Source: a virus | Taxonomy: Duplodnaviria > Heunggongvirae > Uroviricota > Caudoviricetes | Reading direction: 5' to 3' (one strand) | IMG/VR virus record: IMGVR_UViG_3300042484_002423 | DNA length: 56,018 nucleotides | In this document: positions 1 to 7,982 of the stretch, in pieces | How the letters are laid out: each line of letters begins with the position of its first letter | Numbering within the stretch: position 1 is the stretch's first letter | Notes under the pieces: model-generated | Database searches by the model: none | What the model was told of the DNA's origin: nothing | Seen by the model: the letters and a program-made list of their open reading frames with translations, nothing else | Program-made: the position numbers and the translations under genes

Positions 1-173
1 GTTAGGTCGCCGAGTGCATTGCCCACATACACAATGCTTGTGGTCTGATCTACCACAAGTTCGCCTGGGCGAGCATTTCCGTCGTATTCAGCCAAGGTAA
101 CTTGGGCATTGTCCTTCATTGCGGCACGTGAAATGCCGGTGATGTTGTCGTATGGTGGGGGTGGATTTGCCAT
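1..173 (-). CDS. Partial hypothetical virion protein (runs off the left edge)
   Basis: Hand-translated from ATG at 173: MANPPPPYDNITGISRAAMKDNAQVTLAEYDGNARPGELVVDQTTSIVYVGNALGD...; TAAATA at 197-202 upstream. Confidence 0.7.
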   Translation of the reverse strand, partial: MANPPPPYDNITGISRAAMKDNAQVTLAEYDGNARPGELVVDQTTSIVYVGNALGDL

Positions 174-211
174 GATTTAAATATTCTTTATTGGAATATT
201 TAGCTGTAAAT

Positions 212-592
212 TCAATAACCGTTAAACGGCTTGACAGGGCTAGTACGATTTACCAAACTGGGCTCTAGGCTGTTTGGGGTGCTTATTTGAACTTTTTTAA
301 CAGGCAGTCCAGCCATTTTCAATGCGTAATCAATCGCTGGACCAACACCGTCATTGAATCCAGCAATCACAGCATCTTCACCAAAAGCGGCTTCTGCTGA
401 CCAGGCAGGTAACTTGCTAGTAATACCATCTGTGCCAGCGTCACTTCTAGCACGGGCAATTGCAACTCCTAGCCGATATATTTGATACGGGTCGCTGGAT
501 TTTACACCCGGCAACGTGAACACATGATTCATAGGATCTCCTTGTTCAGGAGGCAAAGTTTTTTCTTCTGTAATAAACTCACGTGCTCGCAT
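212..592 (-). CDS. Hypothetical protein, candidate internal head protein; paralog of 592..957
   Basis: N-terminus MRAREFITEE; C-terminus VNRTSPVKPFNGY; coupled to the upstream gene. Confidence 0.75.
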   Translation of the reverse strand: MRAREFITEEKTLPPEQGDPMNHVFTLPGVKSSDPYQIYRLGVAIARARSDAGTDGITSKLPAWSAEAAFGEDAVIAGFNDGVGPAIDYALKMAGLPVKKVQISTPNSLEPSLVNRTSPVKPFNGY

Positions 593-957
593 CAGTATCC
601 TTTGAAGGCTTTGACCGGGCTAGCTGTGTTGACTGCTGGGTGCTCTTCAGAGTCCATGTCACCCAAATTCAAGTCATTGAAAACAGCGCCTGCTGCTCGG
701 TAAGCTTGCTTGAGCATGTCTTGTTCAACTCGAGTATAAGGAAAAGCAGCACGTTTTTTGCCTATCCAGGACTTTTCATCCATGTCAATCACAGCGTCAG
801 AACCATCAGCCATGGCCACGGCCATCATGACTCTATTGAGAGTATAATCACTATTGGTACGTTCAGAATCGCTAAAGGTATTGAGTCCCACCGTGGCAGC
901 TTGCCTACGTGTACCTATCTTACCATCACGTTCAGTGATAAACTCTTGAGCTCGCAT
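592..957 (-). CDS. Hypothetical protein, candidate internal head protein; paralog of 212..592
   Basis: N-terminus MRAQEFITER; C-terminus VNTASPVKAFKGY. Confidence 0.75.
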   Translation of the reverse strand: MRAQEFITERDGKIGTRRQAATVGLNTFSDSERTNSDYTLNRVMMAVAMADGSDAVIDMDEKSWIGKKRAAFPYTRVEQDMLKQAYRAAGAVFNDLNLGDMDSEEHPAVNTASPVKAFKGY

Positions 958-1283
958 CAGCCGTTGCCTATGCCATTCTCACCGGCTGCGGCAGAACTGG
1001 CTGTGCCAAGTTCTTGAATAGTTACGTTTCCGCCCACCACTGTGAGTTTGTTACCAACCCCAACATAGATGTCTTGTCTTGAATTTGAAGGCACTGCTAC
1101 AGCATTACTATAGATATTACCAACAACAGCACCTGCATTGGCTGCATTGCCATTGGTTTGTGTATAAGTCAGCTGCACCGCTTCTACTTGAAACGTGATA
1201 CTGTTTGAACCTGTGCTGATTCTTGCTTTGTCAGTGTACCAAGCCTGAGCCGATGCGCTGGTGTAAACGTTTGCTTGTGGCAT
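957..1283 (-). CDS. Hypothetical small beta-rich protein, possibly virion
   Basis: 108 aa rich in V/T/G/N/A; stop/start overlaps with both neighbours. Confidence 0.7.
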   Translation of the reverse strand: MPQANVYTSASAQAWYTDKARISTGSNSITFQVEAVQLTYTQTNGNAANAGAVVGNIYSNAVAVPSNSRQDIYVGVGNKLTVVGGNVTIQELGTASSAAAGENGIGNG

Positions 1284-1456
1284 TATTTCTTGTCCTCAGG
1301 TGGAATAGCAACCACTGGCTGGAACAACTGGCGTGTTTGATACAGCACTCCAGGAATTTCCACAGCTTGTTGTTTGTAACCATTGCTGGCTGGACTGTGT
1401 GGATTCATCACTGGAGGTGTTGTTAGCACTGATTCTTTGAAAATTCTACGTGTCAT
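1283..1456 (-). CDS. 57-aa hypothetical protein missed by the ORF track
   Basis: Hand translation MTRRIFKESVLTTPPVMNPHSPASNGYKQQAVEIPGVLYQTRQLFQPVVAIPPEDKK*; TAATG overlap with the next gene; fills the operon gap exactly. Confidence 0.75.
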   Translation of the reverse strand: MTRRIFKESVLTTPPVMNPHSPASNGYKQQAVEIPGVLYQTRQLFQPVVAIPPEDKK

Positions 1457-1460
1457 AATA

Positions 1461-3377
1461 TTATCCTTTGTATGCTTTCCATTGGTTGGTCAAGTCAAAA
1501 ATGCTTTCTTTGACTTTTTCCATGTCGCCGTCGCCGTCTAGGTCAGCTTCTTTCTTGCCATCAGCACGAGCCTTGGCCAAGTTACCGGTAAACTTGTTGC
1601 CTTCTTCAGTTTTTTCTTCGTCAACTGCTTTCTTCTTGACTCCAGCCATTTCCATCATGCGTTTGATAGCATCTTCTTCTGCTTCTGCATAGCTGTCTTG
1701 ACGATTGTCTTGGCTGGCAATAACTGGCACTGTGGTCTGGCCTGTTGATTTAGGCTTGTTCAAACCGCCACTGTATTGCATAGCATCGTTGCTGGTTTCG
1801 GTATTGGTTGGATAGTCTGGAGCGTTTTCTGTTGGTGTAGTATCACCATAAGCTTCGTCCATTTCCTGCTGTGCACAGCCGCCACCTAGCCCTGCGCTTT
1901 TTAACAATTGGCTTAGAGTCACTGCATCTTCATCAGTAGCTGTAACTGTCAAACTCTTGGTTGGACCACCGTGCATGCTATCATTGTTCATGCTCATGCT
2001 GATGTTCATGCTTTCGTCCAAACGACTCATGCTTTCGGCAATCATGTCTTCAAGGTCACGATTGATTGAATCGTAAATGCCTTTACCGTAACTAAAACCA
2101 CTTGACGCTGTGGGAGTGTCAGATCCGCCAGCTTCTTGAGTTTTTTCTTTTTTCTTGCCTTCGGGCTTTTTCTTTTCAGGCAAGCCCTTGTGCTTGGTGC
2201 CGGCAAAGTCTTCAGCATCGCCTTTCTTCATGGTCTTGGCTGTTTTGGCAACTGCTCCACTAGCAGGCTTTTCACCTTTTTGTGCAGCGTGGACCATGCC
2301 CATGAACTTCTGCTGTTTCTTGCTCACAGCTTTTTCGTTCACTTGCTCATCGTCATCATATTGATCTTCGTCTTGGTCGCCTTGAATTCGTTCTAGTGCA
2401 GTCTGTAGTGCATTGCCCAGGGCCTTGTTGCCTTCTGCAAATGCCTCGTCCATGAGTCGCTCAAGAACTTCAATGTCATCAGGGCCTACAGCTTCTTTAA
2501 CTTTCTTGCTTTGGAATCTTGTGCGATCAGCTTTGCGACTGTTAGCAGTCACTCGCTCTTGTGCAGGGCCGCCAGCTTTCTTTGGACGACCACGGCCACG
2601 CTTTTCACCACTTTGTGCTGCTTCGTCGTCAGCACCAACACTGATACCTGACGGATCAACTCTACGAGTTACTCTACGACCACCGGGGATTTCTTCCACA
2701 TCGTGCTTGCGGCCATGTGTGATTGTACCTACTGCTGGCTTTTCAACACGAGGACGCTTGTGTGCAGTGAATGCATTGTCGTCGCTGGCTTCGTCCATTT
2801 CAGCATTGCGACCGCGGCCACCGCCCAGGGCTGACTTCATAGCTTCGGCAGCAACATCACCTAGCATCTCGTCAACTTCGTTTTTGGCACCAGCAATCTT
2901 GTCGGCAAAAGTGATTTTGTCTTTGGGTTCAGCAAGTGCAGCAAAACTCTTGGCCTTGGCTGGACTCATCTTTTCTTTGATCTGCTTGGGATTGGGTTCT
3001 GCGCCAGGCTTCATGCCAGTTTGTGGCATGCCCATTTTCTTTTGTAGGTTGCGAATCATGTCAGCATCACTACCATGGCCAATAGTATCCATGGCCTTGC
3101 CAGCTACTTTCTTGGCCATGCCGCCTACCTTGCGAGCCATGTCGCCCATGCCTTCGTCTACTTCTGTGTTGTCATACTTGTCGTATTTGTTGCGAACAGG
3201 ATCCAGGGCCTTGCCTTCACGACCAGCCTTGGCCAAAGCTTCCATGCCTTGTTTGCCGTACTTTTCATAGCCCTTGGCAGCGCGGCTCATGTCACGCTCA
3301 TTCAATTGTTTGTGCGTAGTTTCTGGCTTGGCACGAATAGCGTCTAGCTTATCGTTAAGTTTGTAGAAAAATGTCAT
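1461..3377 (-). CDS. Low-complexity charged 638-aa protein, candidate prohead core or internal protein
   Basis: K/E/D/G/A-rich; about 13 recurring hydrophobic-x-E motifs; DLDGDGD near the C-terminus. Confidence 0.7.
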   Translation of the reverse strand: MTFFYKLNDKLDAIRAKPETTHKQLNERDMSRAAKGYEKYGKQGMEALAKAGREGKALDPVRNKYDKYDNTEVDEGMGDMARKVGGMAKKVAGKAMDTIGHGSDADMIRNLQKKMGMPQTGMKPGAEPNPKQIKEKMSPAKAKSFAALAEPKDKITFADKIAGAKNEVDEMLGDVAAEAMKSALGGGRGRNAEMDEASDDNAFTAHKRPRVEKPAVGTITHGRKHDVEEIPGGRRVTRRVDPSGISVGADDEAAQSGEKRGRGRPKKAGGPAQERVTANSRKADRTRFQSKKVKEAVGPDDIEVLERLMDEAFAEGNKALGNALQTALERIQGDQDEDQYDDDEQVNEKAVSKKQQKFMGMVHAAQKGEKPASGAVAKTAKTMKKGDAEDFAGTKHKGLPEKKKPEGKKKEKTQEAGGSDTPTASSGFSYGKGIYDSINRDLEDMIAESMSRLDESMNISMSMNNDSMHGGPTKSLTVTATDEDAVTLSQLLKSAGLGGGCAQQEMDEAYGDTTPTENAPDYPTNTETSNDAMQYSGGLNKPKSTGQTTVPVIASQDNRQDSYAEAEEDAIKRMMEMAGVKKKAVDEEKTEEGNKFTGNLAKARADGKKEADLDGDGDMEKVKESIFDLTNQWKAYKG

Positions 3378-3383
3378 TTTGAT

Positions 3384-3992
3384 TTATCCTCTTGGGTTGG
3401 CGCCAGTAGTTGGCTTGGGTGGACGCTTGATATTGCTGATAGGACTCTTGGTACCTTGTGGCAATTCATTTGTGGTTTTAGCAGCAGGAGTTTTCCCGCC
3501 AGCTACTGTGAAATCTGAACGGTATGCATTTTTCAGCACCACGTGATCATGTGGCTCAGCACCGTAATCCTTCTTGAAATTCTTTTGCATTTGATCTGGC
3601 GCAGGAAGATCAGTGTCCTGCAACAGGTCCTTGTTTTGGTCTTGAATCTTTCGATTTTCGTCATCAAGGCTGTCTTCGTAAGGTGTAGTATTCATCACAA
3701 TACGATTGGGATCAAGGTCCAGCAGCTGAGCCAGCTGTTTGATTTGCGGCTCAATTGCTGGATATCTAAATTCAACATCCACAATGTTGAGAGCCTGATT
3801 GGGAAAGGCCGGAAAGTCGGGAATGTTTTTTCGAACTGGGGTTGTCTTTAAGTTGCCCATCTTGACAACATCAAATTGAGAACATTTTTTCTCAAGTTCT
3901 TTGACAAAGCCAGCTGGAACATCTCCAACGATCTTGATGCGGTAAGAGTAGGTTTTTTCACTCTCAGCTAGGTATCTTGCAAATGGTTTCAT
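3384..3992 (-). CDS. Hypothetical protein, possibly head-associated
   Basis: 202 aa; N-terminus MKPFARYLAE; SD AGGA; TAAATA at 4011-4016. Confidence 0.75.
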   Translation of the reverse strand: MKPFARYLAESEKTYSYRIKIVGDVPAGFVKELEKKCSQFDVVKMGNLKTTPVRKNIPDFPAFPNQALNIVDVEFRYPAIEPQIKQLAQLLDLDPNRIVMNTTPYEDSLDDENRKIQDQNKDLLQDTDLPAPDQMQKNFKKDYGAEPHDHVVLKNAYRSDFTVAGGKTPAAKTTNELPQGTKSPISNIKRPPKPTTGANPRG

Positions 3993-4013
3993 GTTCGGTG
4001 TCCTGTTGTATAT

Positions 4014-4526
4014 TTATTCTTTTTGTGCATTTTGATCTTTGCCCTTGCCAATAATACGATCCAACAAGTCATTGCGACTTAGTACCATCCCTGTGCCTTG
4101 CTGTATAGCACCTGATTCAGGTTCTGCCTTGGCATCCAGCACTGCCTGCTGTTGATCCAAGCGCATTTTCTTCATTTGCAGGTCAATCATCTTGAGCTTT
4201 TTGTCTAGTTTGGCTGTTTTTGCTGTGATAGCATGGCCCAGCATGTTTGATGCTACTGAAAATATTTCACTGGCAAATCTTGAGTCAACTTGCATGCCAA
4301 GATCTGTCAGATCTTTATATCCAGCAACCGCAAGTGATGCTAACTCATCCATTTCTTGATCGCTAGATTCTAATCCTCTAACCTGTGGTAATGCTGCTTC
4401 AACTTTATCAATTGCTTCGTCCAATGCCTGTAGTTGTTCTCGATTTTCTAATATTGATGGAACTGATGTGTTAATATCATCTTCGGTAGGAGGCAGGTCA
4501 AACAATTCCGCTAATTTTTTGGTCAT
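4014..4526 (-). CDS. Helical protein, possible terminase small subunit
   Basis: 170 aa, coiled-coil-like, late promoter, near the gp4 homolog; function inferred from size and context only. Confidence 0.35.
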   Translation of the reverse strand: MTKKLAELFDLPPTEDDINTSVPSILENREQLQALDEAIDKVEAALPQVRGLESSDQEMDELASLAVAGYKDLTDLGMQVDSRFASEIFSVASNMLGHAITAKTAKLDKKLKMIDLQMKKMRLDQQQAVLDAKAEPESGAIQQGTGMVLSRNDLLDRIIGKGKDQNAQKE

Positions 4527-5272
4527 ACCATATTTACCGCTTTAGTAGCATAGGCCAAGAAGTCTTCACGATGCAACACTGAATATTTTACTTTGTCCCA
4601 AGACACACCCAATTGTTCCGATACTTTTAACTTGCTCAGTCCTGTATCATGTAATTCAATAATTTTTAAAGCAATCTCTAGATTTTTTTCTATATAGGTC
4701 GTCAATCTTGATTCCCTGTGAGCATCAGTCCAGGATTTTCCTTTTCTGGCCTTGGCATTTTTAAGACAGTTTTCAAGTCTGGTTTGTATTGCTTTTTCAG
4801 TCCAAGTTTTGCTTTTTTGATACTCTATAATTTTTGTTATCCTAGAATTATATTCCGGACTATTTTTGTCGACTGTAGAATTATACTTAATCAATGATTC
4901 TGAATGTTTTTTGCGTTTTTCCCCAGTCCATCCTTCTTTGATAGCGTCTGAGTGACATTTTTTAACATACTGATAGATCCTTGATGTAGGGACATATCTT
5001 CCTTTTCCAATGTTTTTTGCATTCATCAACATATTCAATGCATGTTTCATTTTAAATAAATCATTTCCGTTTGTCATTTTAGTTAATAAAAGGTGACAAA
5101 TAAAATGTTCTCTCGGAGTTAATTTTACTATGTTTAAGTTTTTGTTATTGCCACCAAGAGATCGAGGAATAATATGATGTCTCTCAACATATATTTCGTC
5201 TGATAAAATTCTTGATTGAGCATTAGAAACAATATGATTATACCAATTGGTATACTTGTTTTGTAAATACAT
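4523..5272 (-). CDS. HNH homing endonuclease
   Basis: ERHHIIPRSLGG-N...N...LTPREHFICHLLL motif; basic C-terminal region; visibly AT-richer than the flanks. Confidence 0.85.
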   Translation of the reverse strand: MYLQNKYTNWYNHIVSNAQSRILSDEIYVERHHIIPRSLGGNNKNLNIVKLTPREHFICHLLLTKMTNGNDLFKMKHALNMLMNAKNIGKGRYVPTSRIYQYVKKCHSDAIKEGWTGEKRKKHSESLIKYNSTVDKNSPEYNSRITKIIEYQKSKTWTEKAIQTRLENCLKNAKARKGKSWTDAHRESRLTTYIEKNLEIALKIIELHDTGLSKLKVSEQLGVSWDKVKYSVLHREDFLAYATKAVNMV

Positions 5273-5331
5273 TGCTGGTGTCCTTCACGACGTTAGAGTA
5301 GTTGGGAACGCCAATTCCGCGAACTACACTT

Positions 5332-5766
5332 TTATTTACCTTTTCCATTATGGAAGAGTTGGTCTTCTGTTATGACTCGGAAGGTTATTCCTTGTTGCTT
5401 ACACCACTTCTGAGCGGCTGCCCACTTACAGTAGTTGATGGCCACCACTGCACGGTCTCGACTGCTCATCTTTGACTCCACTACACTTTGTTTTTTGGGT
5501 TTGATTTCGATCAACTCAGCTCGTGTGGTATTGTTTCGAGTACGGTATGTTATAAGAAAATCAGGCACATAGATGGTTTGTTTGCCTGTTAGTGGATGTC
5601 GATAGGGAATTTGTATAGCTTCACTGGCCCACTGCAAGATGTTGTCGTTAGTGTCGCAAAATCTCATGAAGCTCAATTCCCAACCACTGCGATAACGCGG
5701 CTTCTTGGTACCAACATACTTTTCAGCATTTTGTATGTCGTAAAACCCTTGTGCCCATCTGGTCAT
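5332..5766 (-). CDS. gp4: Head completion nuclease (T4 gp4-like, PD-(D/E)xK)
   Basis: YRSGWE, WASE, IPY, YVPDF, IEIKP, N..KW.AA..WC, F..ITE motifs. Confidence 0.85.
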   Translation of the reverse strand: MTRWAQGFYDIQNAEKYVGTKKPRYRSGWELSFMRFCDTNDNILQWASEAIQIPYRHPLTGKQTIYVPDFLITYRTRNNTTRAELIEIKPKKQSVVESKMSSRDRAVVAINYCKWAAAQKWCKQQGITFRVITEDQLFHNGKGK

Positions 5767-6122
5767 TGTACTACGTTTCTAGCTGCGTAAAAATTTGAAG
5801 TTAGTGGCACGCCTACCCCCAACAAGGTTGCACGATTTCGAATTGAATTCAAGTAGTAGGCCAAGTTGAGATTTAAATTGACGCCGCTCTGTCCTTCAAA
5901 CGATTTGAGCAAGTCCAGTGCCGGAATCTTGGTATCGTCGGCAACTTTAAAAAGACTCACTGTGAAGTTGCCAGCTGCCAGCTCTGTTTTCATCACACTC
6001 TTGAAGTAGCTGTACACAATGTCGTACTCAGCAGCAGGCACATTTACATCGTATTCATAGAAACTATCAAACACACGCACTGTTTGATCTATGTTGTAGT
6101 TTGTGTTGTTGATACTTGACAT
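5763..6122 (-). CDS. Hypothetical protein
   Basis: 119 aa, ATGA-type overlaps within the operon. Confidence 0.7.
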   Translation of the reverse strand: MSSINNTNYNIDQTVRVFDSFYEYDVNVPAAEYDIVYSYFKSVMKTELAAGNFTVSLFKVADDTKIPALDLLKSFEGQSGVNLNLNLAYYLNSIRNRATLLGVGVPLTSNFYAARNVVQ

Positions 6123-6124
6123 GA

Positions 6125-7264
6125 TTAATTGGTATTAGGTGATTGTTTTGTCGGGAAGAACATACCGTTGCTCCGTCCTTGTGAAGGACGTGCAGCGCCA
6201 GTAATGGCTCCTTGAACAGCTTTTGTGCCCAGGGCTGTGGCTTCACTTGTGGCAATACTCTTGATGTTTTTGCCTTTGAAGGTGTTGTAGGCTGTTCCAG
6301 CTTTTTGTGCAGCACCAATAGCTCCTAACAATCCACCACTTTGTAAATCTTCCAAAATTCCCCCTCCAGCATCCAACAATCCGCCTTGACCAAACACTGA
6401 TGCTGTTGATCCTGGACGACTGATTGGGCTGCGAGTTTGATCGTAGTGTGCTGGATCAGCAAATCCTTGTACGTTGGTATCAGGCCTGCTGCTGCCAATT
6501 GCACCAGCATAGTACTTGACTGTTTCATAGGCAATGGACATGCTGTTTTGCATGATGCCTGCGCCTTGTGAGTAGTCATACTGGTCGTGACTGAAGTTGG
6601 TGATCACCGGATTGATCAGTACATATTCAGCATACTTGTGTTGGTCCATGCCGTAGATTCTGATGTCTCTAAAGAATGGCGGCTTGCCAGTTGATGACAG
6701 GCTGCCAATATTGCCGTCTCTAAAGCTTTCGCCAATGTAGCCCCAGTCTGTGACTTGCCAGTCGTCGGCGTAGATGTCTCTAGAGTTGTAGCCAAATCCA
6801 TTGGCACGGTTTTCACTGGCGCCGAAACTACCGTTCTGGTTGTTGGCCCCTAGATACTGTTGACTGGGATCTTTGTAGTAGTAGCTGTAATAGTTGTACC
6901 ACATGTTGCGCACGTTGTCGCCAGCGTCGTCGTGAAACGTGATTGTTACTGGATCATAATTGATTTTTGTCTGTACAACTCTTTTACGATTGTATTGATT
7001 CAATGTTTCATTCGTGACTGTGTACTTGGGAAGATCAATAGTCTTGACAGTCAAGCTGATATTTTTAAGTTGGTCCTGGCCCATGGCAGCAGCCAGGGCT
7101 GGAATTTCTTTATAGTTGATTGTGAAACTGACGTGAAAAAGAAACTTGTAGCGGGGCTTTAATTCAAATGCATTGGTAGTAAAGGTTTTGCTTGCGTGAC
7201 TGTAATCACGCAAGCTATCCACATTAGTAAAACCCTGCCAAAGCTGTTGTCCAAACGTTGGCAT
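6125..7264 (-). CDS. Tail tube-like or baseplate tube initiator (gp54/gp19-like)
   Basis: PRYKFLFHV..., IDLPKY, YDPVTITFHDD, NPVITNFSHDQYDYS, MSIAYE: tube-fold pattern; next to gp19. Confidence 0.65.
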   Translation of the reverse strand: MPTFGQQLWQGFTNVDSLRDYSHASKTFTTNAFELKPRYKFLFHVSFTINYKEIPALAAAMGQDQLKNISLTVKTIDLPKYTVTNETLNQYNRKRVVQTKINYDPVTITFHDDAGDNVRNMWYNYYSYYYKDPSQQYLGANNQNGSFGASENRANGFGYNSRDIYADDWQVTDWGYIGESFRDGNIGSLSSTGKPPFFRDIRIYGMDQHKYAEYVLINPVITNFSHDQYDYSQGAGIMQNSMSIAYETVKYYAGAIGSSRPDTNVQGFADPAHYDQTRSPISRPGSTASVFGQGGLLDAGGGILEDLQSGGLLGAIGAAQKAGTAYNTFKGKNIKSIATSEATALGTKAVQGAITGAARPSQGRSNGMFFPTKQSPNTN

Positions 7265-7282
7265 TGTTAGGTACCTTGTGTA

Positions 7283-7921
7283 TTAGGCGCCTTGAGTTGC
7301 ACCAGCGCCGGTTACAACATCACCAATGGTTCGACCAATAGCAGTGCCAACTCCAGCACCGTTAGGTGTCTGGTTAGCGTTATCGTAAGCAATTGACAGT
7401 TCAATTGTTACTGCTTCGTTTGTGCCGTAGTTCAAGTCACCGTAGTTTGCACCTTTGAGGTAGCAACCATACAGTTCCCAAGTTTCTAGCACCACTGGTG
7501 TTGCTGCACCGTTGCCACCGTCAAGAATTTCAATCTTGGTAGTAAACTTGTAGTCAATACCGGAAGCTGCTGAAGCCATTTCCAAGAAGTCCATTTGCTT
7601 TTGCAACTGTTCGCCTACCAGCTTGCTTACAGCACCGCTGGCATCGTCACGAACTGACACAGTAACATCAGCCCATGAATGGCGTCCTGCCAATTTCAAT
7701 GTGCTGTTGTAGATGGGTAGTGTGATTTCTTCAAACGTCAAGTTAGGGCGGCCAGCGCTGACCACTTGCTTGGTTAATTCTGTTGTGGGCTTTGAAATAC
7801 CCAGGTTTTCAAACATCACTCTAAAGCGATATTTGAGTTTAGGCATCAGCAAGCCTTGTACACTCGAGCTTTGGTCACTGGCCAAGGGTACTGTCATGCG
7901 TTGTAATGATGAAACTGCCAT
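7283..7921 (-). CDS. gp19: Tail tube protein
   Basis: PKLKYRFRV, LKLAGRHSWADVTVSVRDD, WELYGCY, LNYGTNE, IAYDNA; directly downstream of the sheath gene. Confidence 0.85.
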   Translation of the reverse strand: MAVSSLQRMTVPLASDQSSSVQGLLMPKLKYRFRVMFENLGISKPTTELTKQVVSAGRPNLTFEEITLPIYNSTLKLAGRHSWADVTVSVRDDASGAVSKLVGEQLQKQMDFLEMASAASGIDYKFTTKIEILDGGNGAATPVVLETWELYGCYLKGANYGDLNYGTNEAVTIELSIAYDNANQTPNGAGVGTAIGRTIGDVVTGAGATQGA

Positions 7922-7955
7922 TTGTTATCTCCTATATGTTTATTTATCTGGATCA

Positions 7956-7980
7956 GGGGCCAACGAATTAGCCCCTTTTC
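7956..7980. terminator. Stem-loop between sheath and tube genes
   Basis: Minus strand GGGGCTAA-TTCG-TTGGCCCC (UUCG loop); U-tract only on the + strand. Confidence 0.5.
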
Positions 7981-7982
7981 AA

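Noticed and set aside
2413-3270. 285-aa + strand ORF, and similar antisense ORFs over gp18, gp23 and the tape measure gene
   Set aside because: Antisense shadows of low-complexity or biased-codon genes; S/P/L-rich with no domains
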